A DNA stretch of 38,709 nucleotides, from NCBI GenBank assembly GCA_002899795.1, contig PPDG01000475.1, forward strand, positions 1 through 38,709. The letters run 5' to 3'. Below are positions 1 through 8,288 of the stretch, piece by piece. Both the position numbers and the translations under genes were made by a program. This DNA is from Desulfobacteraceae bacterium. Its GTDB lineage: Bacteria; Desulfobacterota; Syntrophobacteria; BM002. The notes beneath the pieces are model-generated. The model was not told the DNA's origin, searched no databases, and was given only the letters and a program-made list of their open reading frames with translations. Numbering within the stretch: position 1 is the stretch's first letter; each line of letters begins with the position of its first letter.

Positions 1-93
1 CAAGTACGCCTCGGGTCCAACTCCCTGCGGTTGCCCGGTGGCACACCCATCTTCAAGGTCTCGAGACGCCAATTCATGAAATATGCGGGCTAG
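1..93. repeat. MITE-like element, copy A (right half only, cut by window edge)
   Basis: Aligns with the right half of the complete copy at 4534-4721. The right terminal repeat catgaaatatgcgggctag (75-93) differs at 1 nt from 4703-4721. Confidence 0.6.
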
Positions 94-260
94 TCCTCAG
101 CCTATCATGAGATTAGAAACCCAATGGCATATTTCCTGCAAACTTGATTGCTGCGAGGAGAGAGACTGTACACTTTTCTTTTTCGTATACCAACCTCCCT
201 TTTCAAAAGCCCTCACACCAACACTTGCGGTGGGGGCAACCAACAAGAGAGGCGGACACA

Positions 261-653
261 ATGGCATTTGAAGACCATCGCGCACATCCAAGGGCAAACC
301 TGAGATGGCCTGTTTCCGTTCAACTTAGTGGTGCAGTCACTGAAGGAGTGACGAAAGACATTAGTGAAGGCGGTGCGTACGTGTGCTGTACTAACCCATT
401 GGGACCAAACGAAGTCCTTGATATGGTCATAAATGCCCCAGATAAACCGCTGAATGTCAAAGCTGAGGTGGTGTGGTCGAGTATGTCTGGCCTTGATGAC
501 GAGATTACTCCAGGGGGAATGGGTGTTCGTTTTCTGAATATCGGTAGTGAAGACAGAAGAATCATTGCTAAAGCGGTAGCTGAACACCTCAGTGAAGATA
601 TGGAATCTGAAGAGTTACAAGATTCGATGTTTGATACGTTGGAAATCAACTAG
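261..653 (+). CDS. single-domain PilZ (c-di-GMP receptor-like) protein
   Basis: The ATG at 261 follows agagaggcgga. It has the RxxxR motif (HPRANLR) and the DxSxxG motif (DISEGG). The track ORF from 144 is an N-terminal over-extension. Confidence 0.8.
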   Translation: MAFEDHRAHPRANLRWPVSVQLSGAVTEGVTKDISEGGAYVCCTNPLGPNEVLDMVINAPDKPLNVKAEVVWSSMSGLDDEITPGGMGVRFLNIGSEDRRIIAKAVAEHLSEDMESEELQDSMFDTLEIN

Positions 654-890
654 CCCCTCCCTCTCACGAGCATCTCCTGTCCCTATTCTCCCTGTTTCTC
701 CTGTTTTATTGTAGCTCGCTCGCTAACCCCGTCCGCCTCAGGCGGACTACGGGGAATGCGCTCGCTGCATCATTTTCATGAAACATCCGGGCCTATGGAT
801 TTTTAGAAATTCAAGTAAAACAATATATTTTCCTATTGACCTTAGATTTTTTGGGATTAGAATTAATGGTCAGCTCGCACTTTAACGTAG

Positions 891-915
891 CTCCCTTGGA
901 AAGGGAGTTCTTATC
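891..915 (+). terminator. hairpin plus T-rich tail (weak terminator candidate)
   Basis: ctccctt-gga-aagggag forms a 7-bp stem, followed by ttcttatc. Confidence 0.3.
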
Positions 916-968
916 AGTATTGAATAGCCAAGAACCAAAACAGCCGAGAAAGGTTTAGGGTAAACGCT

Positions 969-1868
969 ATGTATGCCATATTGACACCCGACAGTGAGCT
1001 ACGCAAAGTCATTGAAACGGGTACCCAGGCCGCAAGCAACCTTTGCTGGGCCTGCGGCACATGTGACAACGAATGCCCCATCAACCTTGCCAGCAACCGC
1101 CTTTCCCCCCGGAAGATTGTGAGAATGGCGAGTATGGGATTACTCGATGAATTACTCTCCATACCGGAAATTTGGTACTGTCTGACTTGTCAGCGTTGTC
1201 TCGACGTCTGTCCAAACGGAGTGAAGCCTGCGGAAGTGATCCGCTTTATTAGGGAAGAATCTTTGCGTCGTCAAATCGTCAAATGGGAAACACTGCAAGA
1301 CTACGAGAAGCTTTTCGGCCGTTTCCAGCGCGTCCGTTGGCACGCCACGGTCCGCTGCATCCAAGGGGAACTGGACGCCGTTACTGATGACCAGTGGTAT
1401 GCGTGGCTGGATACCCCGGTGGAACTGCCGGGGACTAAGATAACCCCCAAGGCCTCTGCCGACCGGACAGTGTATTTCCGCCAGATGGCCGATTCCAATA
1501 TAACGCTTTGCCTGACGTGCAGCGAATGCACCAACTGCTGTCCGGTATTTCATGAACGGTCGGTTTTTGATCCCCAGGCCACGATCCGCATGGTGAACCT
1601 GGGCCTTACCGAGGAACTTCTGCATTCGCCTTCCATCTGGCTTTGTATCGATTGCGGTCGCTGCAGTAAAGCCTGTACCCAGACGGTCAAAGCGCGCGAG
1701 CTTATCGGCCGTCTGCGCCAGATGGCCATCGATGGTGGATACGTAAGCCCACGTTTGCCCTACCAACTGAAAAAGGCCGAAAAATTGCTGTATCCGAGAT
1801 TGCTGGATGAAATCGATGCATGTTTTGGATTTTCCAGTGGGAGGATACTGCTTTCTGATATCGCCTGA
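969..1868 (+). CDS. 4Fe-4S dicluster protein, tandem HdrC-like halves
   Basis: Four cysteine motifs are present: CWACGTCDNECP, CLTCQRCLDVCP, CLTCSECTNCCP and CIDCGRCSKAC. They are arranged as two CX2CX2CX3C(P) pairs. Confidence 0.8.
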   Translation: MYAILTPDSELRKVIETGTQAASNLCWACGTCDNECPINLASNRLSPRKIVRMASMGLLDELLSIPEIWYCLTCQRCLDVCPNGVKPAEVIRFIREESLRRQIVKWETLQDYEKLFGRFQRVRWHATVRCIQGELDAVTDDQWYAWLDTPVELPGTKITPKASADRTVYFRQMADSNITLCLTCSECTNCCPVFHERSVFDPQATIRMVNLGLTEELLHSPSIWLCIDCGRCSKACTQTVKARELIGRLRQMAIDGGYVSPRLPYQLKKAEKLLYPRLLDEIDACFGFSSGRILLSDIA

Positions 1869-2081
1869 GCAGTTGAAGCTCTCAGTTTAGGTGTATGCAA
1901 TTTTTGGCGGCTAATCAAATCTATATCCAGCCGGCACTATATCGATAGGATATATGCTCCGCTCCCCTTTGTGGTGTGCCGTCCATCTCCGCCAAACTAA
2001 CCGAGACTCATGGCATAGTTCCTGCATTTTGAAGTAAGCTGCCAAACTGGGTTGGCAATCGTTGTTCTTAGGGAGTTATCC

Positions 2082-2300
2082 ATGAAGAAATTCTTACTGG
2101 TTCTCTTTACCTTTGCTGCAATTGGCTGCGCCCACGCTCCTGATTATCCTCTGCCCGGCAAGCCTGAATTCTCCACAGATGAAGGGAGAAACTGCGCTAT
2201 TAAATGTCAGACAATACACGATGAGTGCGAATCGCCTGCCTCCGAATGTAACCAAGAACTCGACCAGTGTTACCAGCTTTGCAAGGAACTGTTAGAATAG
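2082..2300 (+). CDS. small Cys-rich lipoprotein (unknown function)
   Basis: gggag SD lies 6 nt before the ATG at 2082. The signal peptide MKKFLLVLFTFAAIGC has a lipobox. The mature ~55-aa part contains 6 further Cys. Confidence 0.6.
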   Translation: MKKFLLVLFTFAAIGCAHAPDYPLPGKPEFSTDEGRNCAIKCQTIHDECESPASECNQELDQCYQLCKELLE

Positions 2301-2432
2301 CCTTGGTATATCTGAAACTCCACTCCACCCTTCATTTTACTGACCTCCACCTCACAACTCAGCGGACGGAAAACAGTTTTAAATCGTCTACTATTTATTC
2401 TTAAGTATCACAGAATATTTCAAGGTTTTTTA

Positions 2433-2460
2433 TTGCAATACCTTGAAAAATCGCTATACT
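2433..2460 (+). promoter_or_regulatory. sigma70-like promoter (TTGCAA-16-TATACT)
   Basis: Hexamers at 2433-2438 and 2455-2460. The -10 ends 9 nt before the ATG at 2470. Confidence 0.4.
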
Positions 2461-2469
2461 CCTTAGTTT

Positions 2470-2709
2470 ATGAGCAAGGCAGTGGTTTCATTCAAAATCG
2501 ACTCCAGAATAAAGGAAATCCTCCAGAAGTTAGCGGAAGAGGATACCCGCACCCTCAGCAATTATCTTGTGACCATTATTCAAGACCACCTCAAAGCCAA
2601 AGGCATCCTCTGGGGAGCCGAAGAGCAGCACGAGGAAAACGAGAAAGAAGAAAGCGCGATTCGCTTCTCTGGCAAGAATATCACTCCTCCACCTACTGAT
2701 GATCATTAA
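2470..2709 (+). CDS. ribbon-helix-helix (CopG/Arc-like) DNA-binding protein
   Basis: The N-terminus VVSFKIDSRIKEILQKLAEEDTRTLSNYLVTIIQDHL fits a beta-strand/helix/helix RHH pattern. The tail is acidic and low-complexity. Confidence 0.65.
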   Translation: MSKAVVSFKIDSRIKEILQKLAEEDTRTLSNYLVTIIQDHLKAKGILWGAEEQHEENEKEESAIRFSGKNITPPPTDDH

Positions 2710-2808
2710 CCCGGATAAGACCAATCTGAGATAGCTTGATCCGACCTCCAACTGGCACTATCTTGAGGCCGGCCCACATTGAAATGGCGGGATTGGCAGA
2801 AGAGGGGA

Positions 2809-4500
2809 ATGATGGCTGAGAGAATCTGGCATCATTTCTATGATGAGGGTGTTTCTTTCGAAATTGAACCACCTGAGGACCCCCTTTTCGTTCAACTGGA
2901 AAAAGCGGCTCTAGAGTTTCCTCAGGTCATTGCTACCGATTTCATGGGGGCCCGTCTTACTTACCGGCAATTGGCCGAGCAGGTGAACCGGTTTGCCTCC
3001 TCTCTCAGTGGTATGGGTGTCGAGCCCGGTGACCGGATAGCAATTATGCTGCCCAATTGTCCGCAAACCATTATCGCCTACTATGCCGCCCTCAGCATTG
3101 GCGCCGTGGTGGTAATGACCAATCCCATGTACGTGGAGAGGGAGATGGCCCATCAGTTTGCTGATGCTGGGGTAAAAGTGCTGGTGGGCTTGGATCATCT
3201 CATGCCGCGGATCGAGAAGGTCTGGAAAGAGACACCCGTGGAACAGCTCATCATCACCAGCATCCGGGATTGCCTTCCTTTTCCACTAAACATGCTCTAT
3301 CCCCTGAAAGCTAGAAAACAGAAGCTGAATCTGAGGGTGCCTTATGGAGAGTCTGTCCATTCGTTTAAGAGTCTGGTTAAGAACAGCCCTGGGAACCCGC
3401 CCCGACCAGAGGTGGCTATGGATGACCTGGCCGTGCTCCAATACACCGGAGGAACCACGGGCATAGCCAAGGGTGCCATGCTTACCCATCGCAACCTCAT
3501 GGCCAATGTGATTCAGCTCATGGCCTGGTGCCCGCTCAACCGCGGACAGGAACGAATCCTCTGTGTGGCCCCATTTTTCCATGTGCTGGGCATGACCGTA
3601 CTCATGAATCATTCCGTTTGCTGCTGCGGTTCAATGATCTTGCTGCCTCGCTTCGAAATCAATAATCTTCTCAAGACCACCGTGAAGGCCAGACCAACCA
3701 TTGCGGTCCTAGTCCCAACTATCTTTACGGCCATGGTCAACTACCCTGAGATATCCAGATGCGATATCTCCTCGATCAACTACTGTTTCAGCGGTTCGGC
3801 CCCCCTGCCGTTAGAAATCATGAATAAATTTGAGGAGATTACCGGCGGTATTATCTTTGAGGCCTATGGTCTTACCGAGGCATCACCCGTGACCCACGCG
3901 AACCCCATTCAAGGCGAACGAAAGCCGGGAAGCGTCGGTATTGCTTTACCCTCCGCGGACGCCAAGATCATGGACCTGGAGAGCGGCACCAGGGAGCTGC
4001 CCGTGGGCGAACCCGGAGAACTGGTGGTGAAAGGGCCTCAGGTCATGAAAGGCTATTGGAATATGGAGGAAGAGACCGCAGAAACCCTAAGGGATGGCTG
4101 GCTCTATACCGGGGACATAGCCTATATGGATGCGGACGGCTACGTCTTCATCGTGGATCGCAAAAAAGACATGATCATTGCCGGGGGCTATAATGTCTAC
4201 CCGCGGGAAATCGATGAAGTGCTCTACGAACACCCTAAGATTGCCGACGCAGTGAGCATTGGTGTTCCCGATGCTTACCGAGGTGAGACCGTGAAGGTAT
4301 TCGTTGTGGTCAAACCGGAAGAAACCCTTACAGAAGAGGAAGTTATAGCTCACTGCAAGGATAAACTAGCAGCCTATAAGGTTCCTAGCATAGTGGAATT
4401 TCGCCAGGAACTTCCCAAGAGCATGGTGGGAAAGGTGCTTCGCAAGGAACTTCGTGCCGCAGAATCCCGCACCACCGAGGGGGAGGGCGCACCCGGATAG
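2809..4500 (+). CDS. fadD: long-chain-fatty-acid--CoA ligase (AMP-dependent synthetase)
   Basis: AMP-binding motif YTGGTTGIAKGAMLTHRN, YGLTEA, and TGDIAYMDADGYVFIVDRKKDMI. gagggg SD lies before the ATG at 2809. Confidence 0.9.
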   Translation: MMAERIWHHFYDEGVSFEIEPPEDPLFVQLEKAALEFPQVIATDFMGARLTYRQLAEQVNRFASSLSGMGVEPGDRIAIMLPNCPQTIIAYYAALSIGAVVVMTNPMYVEREMAHQFADAGVKVLVGLDHLMPRIEKVWKETPVEQLIITSIRDCLPFPLNMLYPLKARKQKLNLRVPYGESVHSFKSLVKNSPGNPPRPEVAMDDLAVLQYTGGTTGIAKGAMLTHRNLMANVIQLMAWCPLNRGQERILCVAPFFHVLGMTVLMNHSVCCCGSMILLPRFEINNLLKTTVKARPTIAVLVPTIFTAMVNYPEISRCDISSINYCFSGSAPLPLEIMNKFEEITGGIIFEAYGLTEASPVTHANPIQGERKPGSVGIALPSADAKIMDLESGTRELPVGEPGELVVKGPQVMKGYWNMEEETAETLRDGWLYTGDIAYMDADGYVFIVDRKKDMIIAGGYNVYPREIDEVLYEHPKIADAVSIGVPDAYRGETVKVFVVVKPEETLTEEEVIAHCKDKLAAYKVPSIVEFRQELPKSMVGKVLRKELRAAESRTTEGEGAPG

Positions 4501-4533
4501 GTGATAATTTGGTAGCCGGCAAGAGTCCCTCCT

Positions 4534-4721
4534 CTAGCCCGGATATTTCATGAATAACTTACTGCGACCACGGATATGGCCGTCCTTCCTGGCGTCCTCG
4601 GGTCTCGACTCCTGCGACGTACCGTTCAGGTGCGCCTCGGACCAATCCCGCGGTACGGTTCCCAGGTGGCACGCCCATCTTCGCGGTCTCGCGACAGCAA
4701 TGCATGAAATATCCGGGCTAG
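4534..4721. repeat. MITE-like element, copy B (complete)
   Basis: Left end ctagcccggatatttcatg (4534-4552) is the exact reverse complement of the right end (4703-4721). The interior is also an imperfect palindrome. No ORF of credible composition. Confidence 0.7.
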
Positions 4722-4970
4722 TCCTAAAAGGAACGTCATACCTTGGTAGCAATCCCCACTTTTCACTCCAGTTAAAAAAATGTCTCATTTTGAAGATTGA
4801 CAAATTGTCATTCTGGACGTATCGTTTTTGTAATTAATCTGAAGCCTTGCTTTTAACTTGGACTGCATGATGCGGTTTTCGACAACCCAATGATCGGTTG
4901 GGTTTAAGGCGCTTTTTATAGATAGAAGAAACGTGACACACTAACCTGAGAGAGATGGAGAGGGTTTATC

Positions 4971-6251
4971 ATGAATAGCACGAGAATAGTAAGCTTCATT
5001 AGTTTGATTCTGATTGTAGTGATATCGGTGGCTGGGGTTGCCCTGGCAGAGGAGAGGCTGGTACCCAAAATCGAGAACTTTATCATTCTCGTAGATCATT
5101 CAGGCTCAATGTTTCTGACCAACCAGGGTGCGATTCCAACGAAAGCGAAACAAGCCAAGGATATACTGTCTGCCATGAACAGACGTATTCCTGAACTGGG
5201 CTATGTGGGTGCAATTCAGATATTTCCACCTAGTAAAACCCTGATTGGACCAGAACAATACAATCGTAACTCATTTGGAGGTGCCATTGAAAACCTGCAA
5301 GAAAAGGGGAAGATCTTTGGAAATCAGACACCTTTGGGAAGGGGGATTGTAGATCTAGTCGAAGTTCTAAAAGATATGCCTCCAGGGAAAACGGCGATTA
5401 TCATTTTCTCCGATGGTGAGGAGAACTTGGATATAGAAGCATTGAAAGCACAAGAGGCATTGGGCGCGGAACAGCGAGAGATAAATTTTCACACGGTTTC
5501 TTTTGCGGACAAAAAAGAAGGAAGAACGGTTCTTGAAGAAATGAGCAGAGTAAGCGATGGCATCTCCGTTGAGGGAGGTGAATTAGCTTCTGATGAAGTT
5601 GCACTAGATCGTTTTGTCAAAGACGTCTTTTATCTAGTGGAAGTTCTTTTGGACAGTGATGGCGATGGGGTGGTGGACGAAGCGGATAAATGTCCCAATA
5701 CGCCGAGAGGGATTACCGTGGACGCGCGGGGTTGTCCACCTGACAGTGACGGTGATGGGGTGCCTGACTATCTAGATCGATGTCCTGGCACACCGCCAGG
5801 GGTGGCGGTAGACAACTCTGGCTGTCCTTTTGATAGTGATGGTGACGGCGTAGCTGACCATTTGGACAAATGCCCCAATACTCCCAAGGGAGCTACCGTA
5901 AACGAAGCAGGGTGTTGGAGTCTCCAGGCGACGACCCTATATGATAGCAACAGCTCCTACATAAGGACTGAGGCCTATCCATTACTGGACGAGGTAGCTA
6001 GCATTCTGGAGAAAAATCCCGAAATGGCGGTGGAAGTCCAGGGTCATACGGACAACAGAGGGACCGCAAAATACAACCAGTGGCTGTCTGAAAAGCGCGC
6101 CGAGAAAGTGAAGGATTACCTGGTGAGCAAAGGTATTGACCCCAGTCGGCTTGAAGCCAAGGGATATGGCCTCACACAGCCGGTGGCATCGAATGCCACT
6201 GAGGAAGGACGGGCCCAGAATAGGAGGGTGGAATTAAAACGCCTTCGTTAG
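4971..6251 (+). CDS. outer-membrane protein with vWA domain, thrombospondin type-3 repeats and OmpA C-terminal domain
   Basis: Signal peptide present. MIDAS-like DHSGSM. Four DSDGDGV(x)D..D(K/R)CP.TP.G repeats. OmpA_C signature GHTDNRGTAKYNQWLSEKRA...NRRVEL. Confidence 0.9.
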   Translation: MNSTRIVSFISLILIVVISVAGVALAEERLVPKIENFIILVDHSGSMFLTNQGAIPTKAKQAKDILSAMNRRIPELGYVGAIQIFPPSKTLIGPEQYNRNSFGGAIENLQEKGKIFGNQTPLGRGIVDLVEVLKDMPPGKTAIIIFSDGEENLDIEALKAQEALGAEQREINFHTVSFADKKEGRTVLEEMSRVSDGISVEGGELASDEVALDRFVKDVFYLVEVLLDSDGDGVVDEADKCPNTPRGITVDARGCPPDSDGDGVPDYLDRCPGTPPGVAVDNSGCPFDSDGDGVADHLDKCPNTPKGATVNEAGCWSLQATTLYDSNSSYIRTEAYPLLDEVASILEKNPEMAVEVQGHTDNRGTAKYNQWLSEKRAEKVKDYLVSKGIDPSRLEAKGYGLTQPVASNATEEGRAQNRRVELKRLR

Positions 6252-6254
6252 GCC

Positions 6255-6446
6255 CTAGTCCGGATATTTCATGAATTCACGCCCTGGCGTGACTGCGACC
6301 ACGGATATGGCCGTCCTTCCTGGCGTCCTCGGGTGTTCCTTCGACAGGCTCCCCGGGACTATGCCCGGGACAGGCAGGACAGGCTCACCCTGCGACGTAC
6401 CGTTGAGGTACGCCTCGGAACCAATCCCGGGGTGCCGCGGGACGGT
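6255..6446. repeat. MITE-like element, copy C (left end intact, internal insertion, right end missing)
   Basis: Starts 4 nt after the OmpA stop. It shares 43 identical nt (6292-6334) with 4561-4603. It carries an extra ccccgggac...cccgggacaggcagg module at 6347-6386. Confidence 0.65.
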
Positions 6447-6525
6447 TGCATTGCAATGGAAGTTCCAGGAGTAGGCCTCTATTCAATCCAAATCCTTGCT
6501 ACTCGAAATGAAAGGGATCTCAAAT

Positions 6526-6870
6526 ATGTCTGACCCAACAGAAAGACGAGAGTTTCCCAGGGCTCAAGCAAAATGGACTGTGACTTTGCTGATCGCCGAA
6601 ACTCAAATCGAAGGGGCAATAGAGAATTTTACTCCTAAAGGGTTGTTTATCTCTTGTGACCAGTTCCCAGAGATAGAGGGTAGTTTTCGAATGGTCATCA
6701 AAATTCCGGGTCGTCCAACCATGAATGCTGCTGGCAAGGTAATGTGGTCTACTATCCTTGACGCCAGTGAGAGTGGAGCACGTTTGGGGGTTGGTATAGA
6801 ATTAACAGAAATCTCAGAAAGCGACCTGCAGTACCTTTACGAAATTATGAAAGAATATCGCGAAGGATAG
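6526..6870 (+). CDS. single-domain PilZ protein (paralogue of 261-653)
   Basis: RREFPR (RxxxR) and NFTPKG (N-x-T-x-x-G variant). Same length and architecture as the first PilZ. The ATG at 6526 follows aaaggga. Confidence 0.7.
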   Translation: MSDPTERREFPRAQAKWTVTLLIAETQIEGAIENFTPKGLFISCDQFPEIEGSFRMVIKIPGRPTMNAAGKVMWSTILDASESGARLGVGIELTEISESDLQYLYEIMKEYREG

Positions 6871-6890
6871 AGCCAAGGGAATGGAGAAGA

Positions 6891-7577
6891 ATGACCAGAA
6901 AACAACGAAGATTCTTTCTGGTGCTTGCATTTGTGGTGATAAAACTACCAGCCGCGGCCTCTGCTGAACGAGTACAGATACGCGGCGACTACTGCTATCA
7001 ATATGGAGATAGCGAATCCCTGCTGGCTGCCAAGGAAGTCTCATACGCTATGGCTTTGAGAAAGGCCATAGAAAGATACAAGACCTTTGTAGCTTCCACG
7101 AGTGTTGTGGACGATTTCCAACTGCGGAAGGACCTGGTTGAAACGATAGCTTCCGGTTATGTGGAAAATATTGAGGTTGAAAGAGAAGATATCGAAGGGA
7201 GAACTGTATGCACAGAACTGGTAGGCTATGTTAATCCTGAGGCGGTCAAAGATATTATAGCGAAGAAGGTCAAGATATTGAGTAGACAACGGAGAAGAGA
7301 GTTTGGTGGAATAATCAGCAATCTTTATTTGAAAATAATAAATTACAAGGTAGATACAGATAGCGGTGGCAATAAGCTCTTACGTGTCTTTTACCAAATC
7401 AAGCAATCGCCGCCGCCAGGTGGCACGAGGATGGCGGTTTTTTGTTTTGACGAAGAGGGCAATCCTATACAGACTTCATTTTGTGATATAGTTGCCAGCA
7501 GCTCTTTTAGGGGAGCCTTCGGAGAACAGACTTGTGTAATACCAGCTAAAGCGGTATCCATCAATATTAGGTTTTGA
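6891..7577 (+). CDS. secreted protein of unknown function
   Basis: ggagaag SD. Signal peptide MTRKQRRFFLVLAFVVIKLPAAASA. Lies 20 nt downstream of the PilZ gene. I recognise no motif. Confidence 0.6.
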   Translation: MTRKQRRFFLVLAFVVIKLPAAASAERVQIRGDYCYQYGDSESLLAAKEVSYAMALRKAIERYKTFVASTSVVDDFQLRKDLVETIASGYVENIEVEREDIEGRTVCTELVGYVNPEAVKDIIAKKVKILSRQRRREFGGIISNLYLKIINYKVDTDSGGNKLLRVFYQIKQSPPPGGTRMAVFCFDEEGNPIQTSFCDIVASSSFRGAFGEQTCVIPAKAVSINIRF

Positions 7578-8007
7578 CCACGACTAAGTTATCGTGCAGG
7601 TTAGGGGTTTTCTTATTCCTCTCCAAGAATAAACATCCACTGATTCATTCCAAACATAATGCAACAGTGTAAAAGACCTTAGCCAGGTCTTGCTCTCCCG
7701 ATACGATCCCTGCGAACAGGAAACCCCCACAACGAGTTCGACTATTCTCTACCCTGTTGGCATCGTTTTGAAACCTTGATTGGGTGCAAGACTAAATAGG
7801 TTCCAGGTTGGGTTTATAAAGTACCTGACAGTCTCTTCAGGACCCATTGGTTATTTTTGTGCCGGGTCAACGGGGGATTTTTTTCGACAGATATGCAGGA
7901 ATAGACAGGGAATATTATTCTTGTTTCTCTGTTATGTTGGCACTTTGTTTGCATAAACATAAAAATGAGCATATCGCTCCCATAATGTTCCCTCCCTTTT
8001 CTCTTGA

Positions 8008-8050
8008 CCCCATCGGCTTTGGTGTGGTTGGGCCGATGGGGACTTTTTTT
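8008..8050 (+). terminator. rho-independent terminator with no assigned gene
   Basis: ccccatcggc (8008-8017) pairs with gccgatgggg (8032-8041), followed by ac + ttttttt. Confidence 0.6.
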
Positions 8051-8288
8051 GTGCCTTCTCATTTCACATTTCTTCGCGCTCGCTTCGCTCCGCTCAGTCC
8101 CGCAAGCGGGTTCCCGGTTTCTCATTTTGGTGGACTGTTTCATTTAGTTTCATCCTTGAGTCTTCAATTATAAATGGGTAAAGCGAATTGCCCAATGAAA
8201 GTGCAATGCTCAATGTACTATTTGACTCTTTTACTCTTTTGCTATTAAAATCGCATCGAATTTGAGTTTATGATTGCAGGGAGTAAGA

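Noticed and set aside
4534-4837. ORFs 4534-4803 (-) and 4550-4837 (+), and likewise 6271-6474 and 6333-6533
   Set aside because: They are translations of the MITE-like repeat copies. They overlap on opposite strands, are R/P/G/S-rich, have no SD, and the reading frames are not conserved between copies.
6255-6525. c-di-GMP (GEMM) riboswitch interpretation of the element upstream of the PilZ genes
   Set aside because: The sequence does not resemble the GEMM-I or GEMM-II cores I recall. The same element also occurs upstream of a non-PilZ gene and has transposon-like terminal inverted repeats.
7814-8173. Two overlapping ~108-aa ORFs in the large spacer before nadA
   Set aside because: They are mutually antisense and pass through an intrinsic terminator hairpin and repeat fragments. 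They have no SD and implausible composition.
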